From Vicugna vicugna (taxonomy: Eukaryota): a stretch of DNA of 64,000 nucleotides. The DNA is taken from NCBI GenBank assembly GCA_013265495.1, contig MU057801.1, positions 1,605,879 through 1,669,878 of the forward strand, read 5' to 3'. The translations under genes and the position numbers were made by a program. The notes below the pieces were generated by a model. The model did no database searches, was not told the DNA's origin, and saw only the letters and a list, made by a program, of their open reading frames with translations. Below, piece after piece: positions 11,771-24,316 of this stretch (the first letter of the stretch is position 1; each line of letters begins with the position of its first letter).

Positions 11771-12778
11771 TACAACCTCCTACCTGCTTGGTGTCCTGGA
11801 AGTGTTGGGGGAAAGTACTGGGGGAACGTCACTGGGCAGGGATGCTGTCTTCAGGGAGGTGTTTTATGAAGATTATTCATTTGGCACTGAGTATGGAACA
11901 ATGATTGAGTCTGAGGAAAGCAGGAAGTCCCCCAACCTGTAGACACCAAGTGAGAGTTCATAAAGAGCTAGAAGAACAGAGTTGGTCCTGAAAGGTGGTG
12001 AACCGGGGTCTGTGGTCTTCTGGGCGCCAGCCGTCTCGGGTGCTTGTTACGTAGACAGGAGAGTACAGGACTGTTGGGGGGTAGAAACCCAGTGGCTTCT
12101 GGAGGTTTCTCAGGAATCACAGAAGGGAATGGGGTACGAGGGTGTGATGGAGACTGGGTGAGCTGGGGAAAAAAGCCCACTTAAAGGAGATGACACTCAG
12201 TTCTAGATAAATCTGCTTTAAAAACAAAGAGATAGAACTCTTTCCTGAAAGCTCCTAATGGCTCAACTATTACTGGCTATCGACAAAGTTAAATAATTAA
12301 AAAATCTCGTGCCACAAAAAGAAAAAAAAACCAACCAACAAACAACAACAAACCAGCTAGTTTGTGACCCTTAAATACTCTCCTGGAGTTTCTACTCATG
12401 CACTATATTCCAGAAAGTTCCATGGAATGTTGGAACGCCAAGGTATTTGAAAGTAATTCAAAACATAATTTTATATTGACACGAAGAGGGAAATACGTGA
12501 TGAAGGGAATGATGAGATTTCCAGGTGATCTTAAGCTACATTGGATTTCAAACAAATGTGGAGGTTCCAGCAGAGGGCGGCAGCTTCGGGCTGGCCCTCC
12601 TCTCCCTGCAGGGGTGCCCTGGGGGTGCCCTAGGGGAGCACTCTGAGGAGCAGTGTGAGTAGTTTTCTGAGAACATCTTCAAAGTGCTGAGTCATCCAGT
12701 AAAAAGCAGAGTTTTTTTTTTTTTTTAGTTAAAACACTTTCGTGGCTTTAAATATTTTACCTAAAATATTTCACTTTA

Positions 12779-12872
12779 GGGGTGAGGGTAGAGCTCCGTC
12801 GTAGAGCGTCCGCTTAGCACGCATGAGGTCCTGGGTTCCACCCCCAGTACCGCCATTAAAAAATAGTAAAAA
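12779..12872 (+). mobile_element. tRNA-derived SINE (camelid Vic-1-like), short
   Basis: A-box-like AGCTCCGTCGTAGAGCG, B-box-like GGGTTCCACCCCC, A-rich tail. Confidence 0.85.
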
Positions 12873-13084
12873 TTTTCCCGTTAGAATCAAAATGAGAGCA
12901 CACAATTCTGAGGAACCTCCCCACAGAAATAAATCTTTGTTTCACTGTTATTTCGGATACATTTCGATGTCACTTTGTTCAGAATATCCATTTGGAGGAG
13001 GTGAGCTGTTCTGAGGGATGATGGGACCCGGCTGTCTGGGACACCTGACCACCCTGAAAGCGGTGAAGAAGCTGCGGACAGATC

Positions 13085-13275
13085 CCCCTCTGGGGCCTCC
13101 CCGAGAGGGCGCGGCCCCGCCTCTGCGGCTGCCGGGTGACTGCCTGGGAGGCGGCGTGCCTGCCGCGGGAGGGGCCGTGGGAGGGGCCGTGGGCGCGGCC
13201 GGCGCGCGCCCCGTGCTTTCTGCGGAGCCTCTCCTGGGCGCCTGCGGCCCAGCCGGGCCGCCTCGGCGCGGCGAG
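13085..13275. promoter_or_regulatory. CpG-rich patch
   Basis: Very high GC and CpG density with GC-box-like CCCCGCC. Confidence 0.45.
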
Positions 13276-13309
13276 ATTGTGTTGCTTCCAAAACAGAAAT
13301 GAAAGTGTA

Positions 13310-13590
13310 ACATAGACAATGGACTTACAGTCACCAGGCAGTAAAGGGGCTGGTGGGGGGGACAAATTGGGAGTCAAGATTTGTAGATACAAGCTTCCAT
13401 ATATAAAACAGATAAACAGCAAGGTCCTATTGTGCAGCACAGGGAACTGTATTCAATATCCTGTAATAGCCTATAATGAAACAGAATCTGAGAAAGAATA
13501 TGTGTGTGTATAACTGAATCACTGTGCTGCACCCTGAAACTAACACGACGTTGTGAATAGACTATGCTTCAATAAAAATACATAAAAACA
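13310..13590 (+). mobile_element. L1 3' end
   Basis: AAAACAGATAAACAGCAAGGTCCTATTGTGCAGCACAGGGAACT...CTTCAATAAAAA. Confidence 0.9.
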
Positions 13591-14459
13591 AGAAACAGGG
13601 AAGCAAAGCTAAAAGAAAAAAACTCATTAGGAACGAAAGGAAAGTATACACTGGAGGTGTCAGGTACAATCTGGGGACGTGAGCCCGGGCCCTGAGTGGC
13701 AGCCGCCGGTGGGTGCCATCAGCGTGGAGACCGGCTCCTAGGCCGGGCTGGTGGGCGGCCCTGCCAGGCACCAAACCCCGAAGTCTGCAGAAGAGGAAAG
13801 ACAGTCTAGAAGAATCAGGGAGGGCTCGGGGCTGTCTGAGTTTGGGACGCTTCGGCAGCAAACCCCGGGATGAGGACTTCAGTGCAAGGGGCCTATTGGG
13901 CTTTGAGAGAAGTAAGAGCAGGTGAGGGGGCGTGATCCGGAAAGAAAAGGGAACCCATCAAAGGCGCATCATGAATCCGGCTGGAGTGTGAGCAGCCGGA
14001 GCTCCAGCCCTTTGGGAAACTCGGGGGGCCACGGTAACCCACCCCCACCCCCCACCGAGCGTGCGAGCTGGGGTCAGCATCCACCCCGGGGCTAGAAAGC
14101 CTCAGCACAGCAGGGCTCCTAGAGCCACCAGGACCCTTGAGACACGAGGAGCTGCACGCGGCAGCGCGAGCTGCGCACTGAAGACGCGCAGAGACTGCCT
14201 CGCGTTTCCTGCTTGCAAAGCTCGGCATATGCTCATTGGAACAACAGTTTCTTCCACCACCGCCTCCTCCTTCCATTTTTAAGACCAGTCGGTGCCCCTG
14301 GTTTTCTGGTTTCTGGCTACATCTTAGTCTGCCTTTTGTGGGCTGATGACTGTTTAAAGAGTACAGGGGAGGTGGGCATAAAGTGACACACAGGTGACCC
14401 TTAGAGAGTAAGATTCAAGCCATCTCCCAGATGAGCGCTGGGCACTAGGTGGGGAGGGG

Positions 14460-15270
14460 GCTGCGCCGATGACCAGAGGCAGCCCGGGAGGCCCCTCCAG
14501 GCCGCCTCGGCCTTTCGCTGCCCCTATGTCTCAGCTCGTTCCCGTCTGCACACGGCTTTCTGAAGTCCGGCCTCTGCCTGCCTTTCTTCTGCAGACGAGG
14601 GAACGCGGGCGCGGGACGTTGGGTGACGTGGCGTCTCACTCACGGCTGCCACACTCCGGAGTCCAGATCTGAACTCCGTCCCCAGTGGCCGCTCACAGCC
14701 CCACGGGATCACCCACTGTGGGAGAGACCACGGATGTGATTTTGTTGGCGACGAGGCACAATGGTCTCCCGGCAACAGGGATGTCCCTGTTGTCTCCCTG
14801 CTCAGTATCAGAGGGAACGTCGCGTTTGCAGGCGTGTCCTCGCAGGCAATCTGCCCAGACAGCGGGGAGCAGACTTCTGGAGCTGGGGGGCCGCGGGAGC
14901 GCCGCGCCGTCTGGAAGGCGGGCGGGTTGCGGGAGGCGTCCCGAGCCGAGCGCAGCCGAGCTCCCTCTAACGCGCGGCTTCTGCTGACGCGGCGTCCGGG
15001 CCGGCGGCCCAGAGGGGCGGGGGGGCCTGACTGAGGCTCCCCTCGTGGCCCGGCCCCGGGGGGCTGGGTGCTCCGTGGAGGAGCTCACGCGCAGCACTGA
15101 GGTGAGAGGGTGCCGAGCCCGGGATGGCGGGACCGCCTCCTTCACGACGGCGCTTTACAGTCTAGCTGTGGGCGCGGCTTTGCCGTCAACACCCTGAAGG
15201 CGAATTTTAAGAAAAGGAAACACGGTTGAGATGTGTCATCGTCGGCCCCAGAGCTCCCCCCGGCACCACG
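14460..15270. promoter_or_regulatory. CpG island-like region
   Basis: About 800 bp GC-rich and CpG-dense with GGGGCGGGG GC box near 15014; no associated gene recognised. Confidence 0.55.
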
Positions 15271-17095
15271 GCTCTCCCTCCCAGGCAGCGGTTTCCAAAC
15301 CAGGTGGAGAGTATCCTCTCACTTCCCAAACTTCCCTGGACTTCGGCTCCTACCCTAGGAGTTGGAATCAGGGTTCCTCTTCTTGCCCCACTTGCCTCTC
15401 TCCCTCTCCAGTTTCATATCCACATGATGCTCTGCCCGGAGAGCTTGGAGGGCCCCTTTCTTTCTTTCCTTTTGACTGACCTCAGGCAAGAAGTTTGTCC
15501 TGGGACACGTAACACTTCAAAGAGTTGATTTAAAATCCCCTGAAAACGAGGTGCCCTTGGCTTTTCTGTAAGGAAAGAACTTCTGTGAGGGTCGGGGTCG
15601 TTCCAAAGCTAACCCCATGCTCCCAGTTGGTGACCCAGGGAATGACAATGCCTGCTGGACACTGGAACACAAATGCTCCCAGCTCGCCTGGAGCGCGCAG
15701 GACTTTCGTGCGTTTCTTTCTTATGGAACGACACAGCGCGCCGAGGAGTCGCCGCTGCCCCGCGTGGAGTCAGGTCCTGGGCGAAGGGAGGCGCAGCTCG
15801 ACTTCACGCCCCAGAGCCTTTCAGCCTCCCCGATGCGCTGCGCCTGGCAGCCACCTATGTCGTCCGTCTTGGGGCTCACGAGATGCTGTTTCTTTGGATG
15901 GGACCATTTTCAGACTCAGCTAATTTACCATCCCAAGTCAACACCGGCCAGAGGCCACATTAGGGCAATTTGTTCTAAATTCATTATCATTAACATGCAA
16001 AGCAGCTGCAGGAAATTATACAGCAGCCAAGCATTTACAGAAAAAAATGTTCTGATGCTGACATCCGGGCTGTTTGATCCAGAAACAAAGGGAAATGTGG
16101 TCTTGCTGGCTGCAGCCTTACTGAAAAAAGATTTTTGCTTTCCTTAATAATCATTTTTAGTCCACGTTATTTTTATTCCAGTGACACTGGCACCCGCCTG
16201 TGATTTCTGAGATGATAATCAGGGCCATGTTCATGCGCTGGAAGTGCATGGCCAGGATCAGTAAGGACTGCGTAACCGCACATCCCTTCATGCTTGGAAT
16301 GGGCTCTGGAAACGACAGGGTGCCCGGAGCCGGGAGGGAGTAATGAAGGCAAAAAGGAGTCTTCTCACTGTGGAATGGGGTGAATAAGTTGTCCACTAGG
16401 CATGCGTGAAACAAACTGGGTTGTGAATTCGAGAAAACAAAAGTTACGTGATCTTTGGTGTCAGACAATTACCAGGAACTCAGTGGTACGGCCCAGAGTA
16501 TCTGGTGATTAAGTCCAGTGACCTTTCTGAAGGGATGTGAGTTTTGTGGGTTTCAGAACTCAGTCCAACTTTGGGGTTTTGAAGGTTTGCACCAACTTGA
16601 AACCTTGCACGTTGCCAGTTTTTGATCTGTGTGTTTCAAAAATTCCTGATGAAAGACGGTGGGTTTCTGGGTACACCTGGACCACCAGGAGGCTCGACTT
16701 CTGCAGGGCTCACCCCTCACTCGCCTTTTTCACTTTTCTCCACACGCCAAACGTGCACCAGATGTACAAAGCCAGTGCTCAAGGTCTGTTCTGATTTTGC
16801 TCATCTCGTGTCTTCATTCTGATGACGAGGTACCCTGGGGGTGGGGGAGGGAGCCGGGCTGACTGCCCCTGGTCCTCCAGAGCTGCTGGTGCGACATTCA
16901 GGAGCTCTAAGAAGCTGCTCCTCGGAACTCCCGAAACGCCCACCACTAATTACTGCTCAGTGTGAAAGACTCTGAAAGAGTAAAGATATTCCAGGTAGAC
17001 GTTGGTGGGGGGAGGGCTGTCTGGGCAGGTAAATTCATACAGCAAGTCTGTCTCACCGCTGAGCGGCAGCCCCTGCACCTGAAAACTCTGAGGGC

Positions 17096-17154
17096 CTGGG
17101 GGAGCTGGGGGTCTGGGGGTCTGGCAGTCTGGGTCTGGGGGTCTGGGGGGTCTA
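17096..17154 (+). repeat. (CTGGGGGT)n tandem repeat with G-quadruplex potential
   Basis: About 7 imperfect 8-bp units with multiple G5 runs. Confidence 0.85.
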
Positions 17155-17879
17155 GAGATTTGGGGAAATGGAAGAAGATGAGCTGTTCTGGCCCCAGAGG
17201 TAGGAGGGAAGGACACAGGTCGTGGGGAGCCTGGAGTGGCTGCGGTGGAGACCAGGAAGAGGGACAGCGCACAAGAGCAGCAACACCCTGAAACTGGAGT
17301 CAGAGGTGATTGGGGGCCAGAGAGGTAGGATGTTTCTAAAACTAATGCTGTTTAACTCGGTATTTTTCTGTACCGTGTCTGGTGTAGTTTTAAACATTGT
17401 TAATTGGTCTTCATCGGGTTGCCCACGAGTCTGTGGATTCCTCTGGATGTTTGCTTTGCTGTTTCTAACATTTCTAACGTGCAGAATGAGAGTCCACGAT
17501 TGTAGAGACTGTAGAAATCGTTTACGTGGAGGTTCTCTAGCCCCGCCCCTAACACGTGTGCGGCCGGGGGAGGGGCCCACGGGGGGGGGAGGGCCCACAC
17601 GCCCTGGGAGCTGTATTTGTTATAAAGCGGACTGCTGACTAAAACAGTTTCTACTCTTCCACAGTGACAAATACACCTTCACAACAACGGAGAAAAACGT
17701 GTGCGAGCTCCGGTGCAGGTGGCCCAGGGCGCCTGCCCACTGCCGAAGACGGCTGAGTTTCATTATTGCTGCGCGGGCACCAGTGACGCTCAGGTGCGGG
17801 GTAAGCGGCCTGCGGCGCGTAAGCAAGTTATTCAGTCTTAAAGTTCTCTCACCTCATTTCAGCAAAATCACTAATCCTG

Positions 17880-18052
17880 TTTTTTATTTTTATTTATTTA
17901 TTTAAAAAGTTGTAAGTTTTTTTTTCTTTCTTTTTTGTGCAGAGAAGTAATTAGGTTTACTTACTTTTTTTTTTTAATGGATGCACTGGGGACTGAACCC
18001 AGGACCTGGTGCATGCTAAGTGCACACTGTACCACTGAGTTGTCTCCTTTCC
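17880..18052 (-). mobile_element. tRNA-derived SINE (Vic-1-like) nested in the hAT fossil
   Basis: CACTGGGGACTGAACCCAGGACCTGGTGCATGCTAAG...ACCACTGAG with T-rich tail; flanked by imperfect direct repeat ATCACTAAT(C/A)CT. Confidence 0.9.
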
Positions 18053-18270
18053 ATCACTAATACTATTTTTAAAAGTCGAGATTTTTATGTAAGTTGTGCT
18101 GAAAGAAGATCATGCTGAGTTGGCAAACTTTGTCCAGTCATCAAGGTTCAGTAGGTTTCTAAAAACGATTTCAGTTTTGAGAGTCTTTCCTCTGCTAAGG
18201 CCGAGCAAATGGATTTTCGATATGATTCTTCAAGTGATATTTAGATGGGAAAGGAAGAGGGCAGGGGGGT

Positions 18271-18315
18271 TGTCACAGGTGACGCGCCACTGTCACAGGT
18301 GACGTGCCACTGTCA
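18271..18315. repeat. 20-bp tandem duplication
   Basis: TGTCACAGGTGACG(C/T)GCCAC x2.25. Confidence 0.9.
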
Positions 18316-20624
18316 TTATTAAAATACATGTACTGTTATCATAGAGGTCACTATCACGCACATCAACATTTCCACTCCTTTTAGAGAGGCCTCCAGACCC
18401 AAGCCGTGAAGATTTGTAGTTCCCAGATTCTCCTTTCAAACTTCCCAGTGCTGGGATTTTACAGAGAACCCCCCTCCAAAAAAAAAGCCATCTGTTGTTC
18501 ACTGTGTTGAATCCTTTGTTCCAGCAACACTAGAACCCATAAAAGACTCTGTAGAAACTTCTTTGGGATGATTTGTGTTTGTAACTTCCCCTTCATCATT
18601 GCAAACGGTTTTGTTTCCTTATTCTAATTTCTCTCCTTTTTAATTTTTCTGGATGATGCCTTTTGTCACATAGTTCACATGCACTCTTATTTTATCTAAA
18701 ATTAAAAAGATCTTTATACAGTAAAATAGCCAAACTTGGATCTGTTTTTGCTATTACTAATATTAACAGTAACCACAATTCATACCAAATAACTCTGGAC
18801 AGTGCAAATTCAAAATTAATTCCATTTTCTTCCAAAGACCATGATTCACTCTTTATTTGGACATCTTCTACTTTTTACTGAACTTTTCGGATACATTTTG
18901 TATCTCGTCTAAATTAAATCTGATTTCTTTATCAGCGTTCAGTCAGCACACCCCTCGTGTGACCAAAAGGAGTCATAAAGTTAGAATTGATGGTGTTTCA
19001 TCAAGATGTTCTATTTTGGGGCAAGTTCAGAAAATGTCATATACAATTTTGAATTGTTCCAAGAATGTCGTTGCCATTGGCCCAGCTGAGACCACGTCTC
19101 ATAGTAACAAATTCAAAACATGTGCCCCGCGTTGCACGAGGAACGCTGCTGGTTTCCAGCCAAATTTATGGCTTTACATCTTTCTCTTTACCAACCATGT
19201 CAGCACCATTATCATAGACTTGCCCTGGACAGTCCTTTAAATTGTTCGAATAAAGCCAGCGTTTGAGATTCAATTTTACAAAAATTTAGCCAAATGTTTT
19301 GAAAATATTTTCATAAAACATAACCAGTCACAATTCCAGCACCCGGCCTGCTGCTCACCTAACAGTATTGTTGTGTATACGACTTTAAGTGTCATGTGAT
19401 TTTTTTAAACACTGCAGAATCCCTCAGCTGCCGCTTGTGACTGCTGTGATGACGGCTTAATTCTCGTGCACCTCTGGAACCAGTGGTTGGAATGCGAGGG
19501 GAAGCAGGGAAACAGATGCTTGCACCAGCAAGTTCATTCTGTCTGAGGAAGAATTCCACACGTTAATTGATTGATTTTTTTTTTTTTGTCTCCAGCCAAG
19601 TGCTTCCGCTCCTCAAACTTCTCTGTTCCTGAGCAGTGTCAGCTTCTGACTTTGGCAACCACGAGCTCCAAAGGCCTGCGTGGCATCTGGGCACAGCCAC
19701 CTCTCGTCTGCAGAGCTTAGGGCAGAAGGCGCGGGGTCGTCTGACTGAGCTCTCCGGCTCCAATCTGGCCTCCAGCTCTCTCCCGGGCCAGCTGGCTCGG
19801 CCGGTACCGGGAGGTCCCCTGATGATTCACAAACAGAATCCAAGATGGCGAGGCTCTCAGAGCGACGGCCCCACGCTCTTCCCATGGGCCACGTGCTGGA
19901 ACCACATGGAGAAAGCTTTTCTTTCTTTTTTTTTCTTGTTGTGTTTACAGGGAACGGTGTCTGATACATACAAGGCACTTAATAAATGTTTGTTGAATAG
20001 ATGATGGTGATGACGATGGTTCCATGTCTAGATTTGGGAGGAGTGTTCCGTCAGCTGCCACGAGGCTGTGTTAAGCGTCCACCAGAGGAGAGAACAATGG
20101 AAGACAAACATATTCTGCTTATAGAGGGATCATTTACCTGATAAGTTTTGGCCCTGTGTGTCCGAATCAGTGTCTCCTGCTGGATTCTAAAGAACCTCCC
20201 ACGGTCCGTGGCTGCTGGATACCATGTGCACACATGTGGATCCAGATCTAAAATTCCCCGTTTGCTTCTTGTCCATCGTCGCAGCGGGCTGAGTCCGTGA
20301 GCCTGGGTGCACCGATGATGGGCAGCAGGAGACCCTCGTGAGGCTAAAGGACACGAAACAGCTCCAAGGAGAAAGGAGACGAGGAAGCCTGGGTGGAGCC
20401 CACGACGGACGCTGGAGCCAGACCTGCTGACTCAGCCAGACAAAGGTGTCCTCCAGTCCCTCAGTGCGGCGCCACAGAGCTCTCGGAAGTTAACGTGCTG
20501 AGAAGAAGAGCATGACGGTGATGGCAACTGGCGAAGTCCGTGCGTGTCGGATCGTCTTGCTTTAGATCTCGCTAAAAGATGAACAAAAAAAACTAGTGCT
20601 TCTCTTTCAAAAGGTGTTTGGGCC

Positions 20625-20661
20625 GCAGCAGCAGGAGCAGGAGCAGCAGCGGCAGCAGCAG
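20625..20661. repeat. Interrupted (CAG)n trinucleotide tract
   Basis: GCAGCAGCAGGAGCAGGAGCAGCAGCGGCAGCAGCAG. Confidence 0.8.
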
Positions 20662-21124
20662 ATGTGGACAGGCTTGTGCGGGGCTCTGCTGAGGGCGCTG
20701 CCTTCCGCCCCTTGGAACGCCTTGCCTCGTGCGTTTGCCAACTAGCGTTTGACTGACAGCCACATGGATTCCATCTTGTCTCTAAGACACTCAGGAAAAC
20801 GGCGGTGAGGGCTGCAAAGGGTAGACAAGAGAAAAAAAATGATTGCGAAGCCAGTGAATCATTATGAAGCTTGCAAAACATTTGCTCCTCTGGGTTTTTC
20901 TAATCCCAAGGAGACTGCATGACTCTTTCTCGGCGGGGCAGCTGTTTTGATGCCTCTGGTGGCTGATCGGGCTGGGATGGAAGGTGGTCTGTGGGTGAGG
21001 AAGGCTATGTGACTGGGTCAACTGAACAGCACAGCAAAGAAAGAAAATCAGGTCAACCCTGAGGCCGTGACACTGGTGGGTACCCCTGGTGAAATTTTCA
21101 CCAGCCATGGAATTTTTTTTAGGA

Positions 21125-21600
21125 AAAGTGTACTTTTAGATTTCACAAATTGTGTAAACTGGCGCTCAGATTAAGAAGCAGACCGTTTCCAGCCCCTAGA
21201 AGCATCCCGTCCGTGTTCCTTCCAGGCAGGGCCCTCCAGCTAGTAACCGCCATCCTGAACTCTAACATCACGGACTCGTTTTGCTGTTTATAGATCACAT
21301 ACGCTGCGGTATGGCTTTTTTCATTCAACAATGTGTGAGTTTCATCCACTGTGTTGTATGTAGTTGGAGTTCATTCTTGCTCAGGGCTGTATAGTATTCA
21401 GCGATATTGTATCACAGTGTGTTTATTCATTTACTGCTCATCGAGTTTGTGCATTTTTCAACTTGGAGCTGTCTCAGAGAATGCTGAAATAAGCACTCTC
21501 ATCCATGTCTTTTGTTGAAATAGCACACACTTTTGTGGGGTAAGTTCCTGGGAGTGGAACTGCTGAGTCACTGGGGATGTGTGTGCTTCGCTTTGGTACC
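21125..21600 (-). mobile_element. Ancient L1 (L1ME-like) 3' region
   Basis: TTTCATCCACTGTGTTG...GTAAGTTCCTGGGAGTGGAACTGCTGAGTCA resembles the antisense of old L1 3' ends. Confidence 0.75.
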
Positions 21601-22559
21601 AGCAGGCAGGTTTGGAAAACGTTTGGAATCAATTTTTATTGCCCTCGTTTGGCAAACTGATAATTCACGAACAATGCGGAAGCAAACTGTACCTCAACTG
21701 AGCTCTGGTGGAACAGTCACATTTCACGAAGAAGTGGAAGTCGGGGGGTGCAGGCAGCGCCCCGTGTGGGCACCAGCCCTGCTGATCCTGATTCTACTTA
21801 CAGACTCCCCGAGCCAGGAAGCCGATCTTACATTTTAAGGGGTAGTCAACTGGTTTTGCATCTTATTGCAGCTCCAGCATGTGCTATAAGGCAGGTAAAG
21901 ATATAAGTGAGTTTAGCTGGGCAAGTAAAGCTGCTTATTATGTCCCTGCTTGTTTTCAACTAAACTGTCAAATACACAGGAAGATAAGGACCATCAACTG
22001 CGCACCTTTCAGAGGCTATCAGTCGTGCTGTGACTCCCGAGACTGTGTGTGTGGGGGGCAGGCCCGTCTGTTTGGGGATTTGCCACTGGGTGTAAGTAAC
22101 CGGGAGCAACAGCCATGGAAAATAGAAATAAACCTTTTCAAATGCTCTTGTAATCAAGCATGAATGAAGGCTAGAGTCTTGGCTGCAAACGTGAACACCG
22201 GCAGCACGACCTGCTTTATGAACGTAAACCTGTCTCACCCACGTGCTCACACCCACTCCCAGGCTCGCAGCGCCCAGGGCCCCGGCTGGTTAGCGGGAAG
22301 TAGGCTCTAGCTGCTGGGCCCCTGGGCGAATCGGGTGGACTTGTCAGCAGGTGTGGAAGACTAGAGAGAAGAGGGAGGAACAGCTGGCATCCAGGACGGA
22401 TGCAGTCTTTGTCAGCAGTCACCACCCACGCTCACAGACCAGTTTGCACTTGTAGCAACTGTCTGTTACGTTTGTTCCAACCTCCTTTGTGTGTAAAGGG
22501 TACCTGTTGCTTCCTTGTGTCTAGAGAGAAGCTGATGTCATGAAGACAACAGCGCTGCT

Positions 22560-22765
22560 GAGTGCATGGGGCGCTCACCACGTGCTCAGCCTGTGTCGGG
22601 CTTACAAGGGCTCAGAGGTCACTTTGAGACAGGCACTGTCATCTCCCTCGTCTCGCGGATGAATGGCAGAGGGTTAGGGAGTCCTGCAACTTGCCCCGAA
22701 TCCTGCAGGTGTGACAAAGACAGAGGAGGCCAGGAGCGAGGACCAGGTGTAACCCCAGAGTCCAG
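22560..22765 (-). mobile_element. MIR SINE, degraded
   Basis: CAGAGGGTTAGGGAGTCCTGCAACTTGCCCCGAATC resembles the MIR core. Confidence 0.5.
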
Positions 22766-23367
22766 TTTCCGAAGATCAGAGTCCCAGGGATGGAGGGGAA
22801 AAGTGTGGAGACAGACTGAGAGCTGGACGAGAGACGTGGAGCTGGGGGCATCATCTGGGAAAGCAAAGAACATGGGGAAAGTTAAAAGGAAAATGCAACT
22901 GATGATATCATGAAAAGCAAAAATTAAACGTTTGAGGTCCTTAAAGAATGGCAAAGCTCTATGAAGCACTTGGAAACAAAAGAGCTTTGGCACAAGAATT
23001 TGAGAAAAGTACGTTCGTAGGACTTGTCTTGAGATGATCTTGTCACGATGATGAACAAAGCAAGCCCAACGCAGGCAGCAGAGGGCGCCCGAGAAGACCC
23101 CGGCCTCTTACTTGCAGGCTCAGTTACAGCATCACGCGTTCGGCCTCGTGCCCTTGCACGGTTGAAGAATTACCTCTATTTTTCCCTCCTCTTAATCTGA
23201 CTCAATATCGTTACACTTCCCCAGTTTTCTTTAGCCAACTCAGCATATCCAAATCCACTTTTAACCTCTTTGCCTCAAGCTGCTCAGTGCCACAACATCA
23301 TGTTTTATTCAAAGATCAGGAGTGAAGGCTTTTTCACCTGCACCTTCTAGATGGTTCTGTGAGATCC

Positions 23368-23526
23368 TCACTACTCAGCCTGGCCTGTGGACCAGCGGCA
23401 TCAGCGTCCTTGGGAGCTGGTGAGAAGCGCGGGCCCTTGGGACCCACCCCCGACCTACTGAGTCGGACTCTGCTTTTCAGCAAGACGCCCAAGGGATTCT
23501 CGTCCTCTGCGTTCTGAGAAGCGCTG
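23368..23526. mobile_element. MER5-like hAT-Charlie
   Basis: GGACCAGCGGCATCAGCGTCCTTGGGAGCTGGTGAGAAG...CCCCGACCTACTGAGTCGGACTCTG. Confidence 0.75.
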
Positions 23527-24122
23527 TATGAGCTAAATGACCCCGGAGGGTGGGGACTTGCCCTGCTTTGTAGTTTCCCACACAAGTCGTAACTGTATAA
23601 ATGGTTGGTTAACCTGCTACACGATGGGAAAGCAATCTTCAAGAAGCAGACAGTACTGACGTTTCCAGAACTTTTCACTGAAGTGAGTATTGACCGCCAG
23701 TGCGTAATCCTCACTCAGACTAGTTATCGGTTTGTCATAGTCGATTTCTGACTAGTCGTGGGGAGGATTGTCTGGGGGAGGAGGTGCCATAAACAGGCAC
23801 GGACTCCCCCGTTTGAGAGCACGGGAGAGCAGTCTGCTGACCCCGAGGTGGGGGAAGCTGCTATCCGGGCCCCCGGGCTGTGGTGCTGGGTGACTGGCGG
23901 CTGCGTGGACTTCCCGGATGGCCCGCGCCTACTGGGCGTGATTGATGCGGTCCATCTGGCTTGAGACGCCTGGATGTAACGCAGCTCTCTGGAAACAAAG
24001 GAATTAATTTAGACACAACATCATGATACTGTAGATGAACGTCACACACTTGTTAGTGTAACTACTGGTGTCACTAAATAGAGCTTTAATTTTAGTCTAT
24101 CCCTCGTCTGTTCTCCTCTGAG

Positions 24123-24316
24123 CAGTGAGCCTCAAGGCTGGGCAAGCCTCAGAATTCCCTGGGGGTCTGGTTAACACACAGCTCCCGGGCTCTGTCCCCA
24201 GAGTTTCTGATCTTTAGGTGGGAGGCGGGGTCCAAGAATGTGTGCATTTTGAACAAACTCCTGACTGATCATCAATCAGATGCCGCTGAGTCAGGACCAC
24301 CCTTCGAGGGCCACTG
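24123..24316. mobile_element. MER5A-like hAT-Charlie
   Basis: CAGTG...CCACTG ends; internal CCCCAGAGTTTCTGAT and TGCATTTTGAACAA. Confidence 0.75.

Larger units (their letters stand above)
17535..19330 (-). mobile_element. Zaphod/MER115-like hAT-Tip100 DNA transposon fossil with transposase pseudogene
   Basis: Minus-strand translation gives LKDCPGQVYDNGADMVGK (19240-19187), then RGAHVLNLL (decayed CxxH motif) and LTL*LLLVTRG...IRFNLDEI (decayed TRW motif), with stops and frameshifts. The left end TGACAAATACACCTTCACAACAAC resembles the MER115 terminus. Confidence 0.85.

Noticed and set aside
12779..12860. tRNA-like sequences here and at about 17980, 28345 and 42105
   Set aside because: They have A-rich tails, TSD-like flanks and degenerate stems; these are SINEs, not tRNA genes.
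13848..13860. CGCTTCGGCAGCA identical to part of the U6 snRNA 5' end
   Set aside because: Only 13 nt; the flanks do not continue the match, so it is likely chance.
20432..20881. Poly-Ala ORF / CAG tract as a coding repeat
   Set aside because: A short interrupted repeat; the surrounding translation is not recognisable and there is no convincing exon structure.
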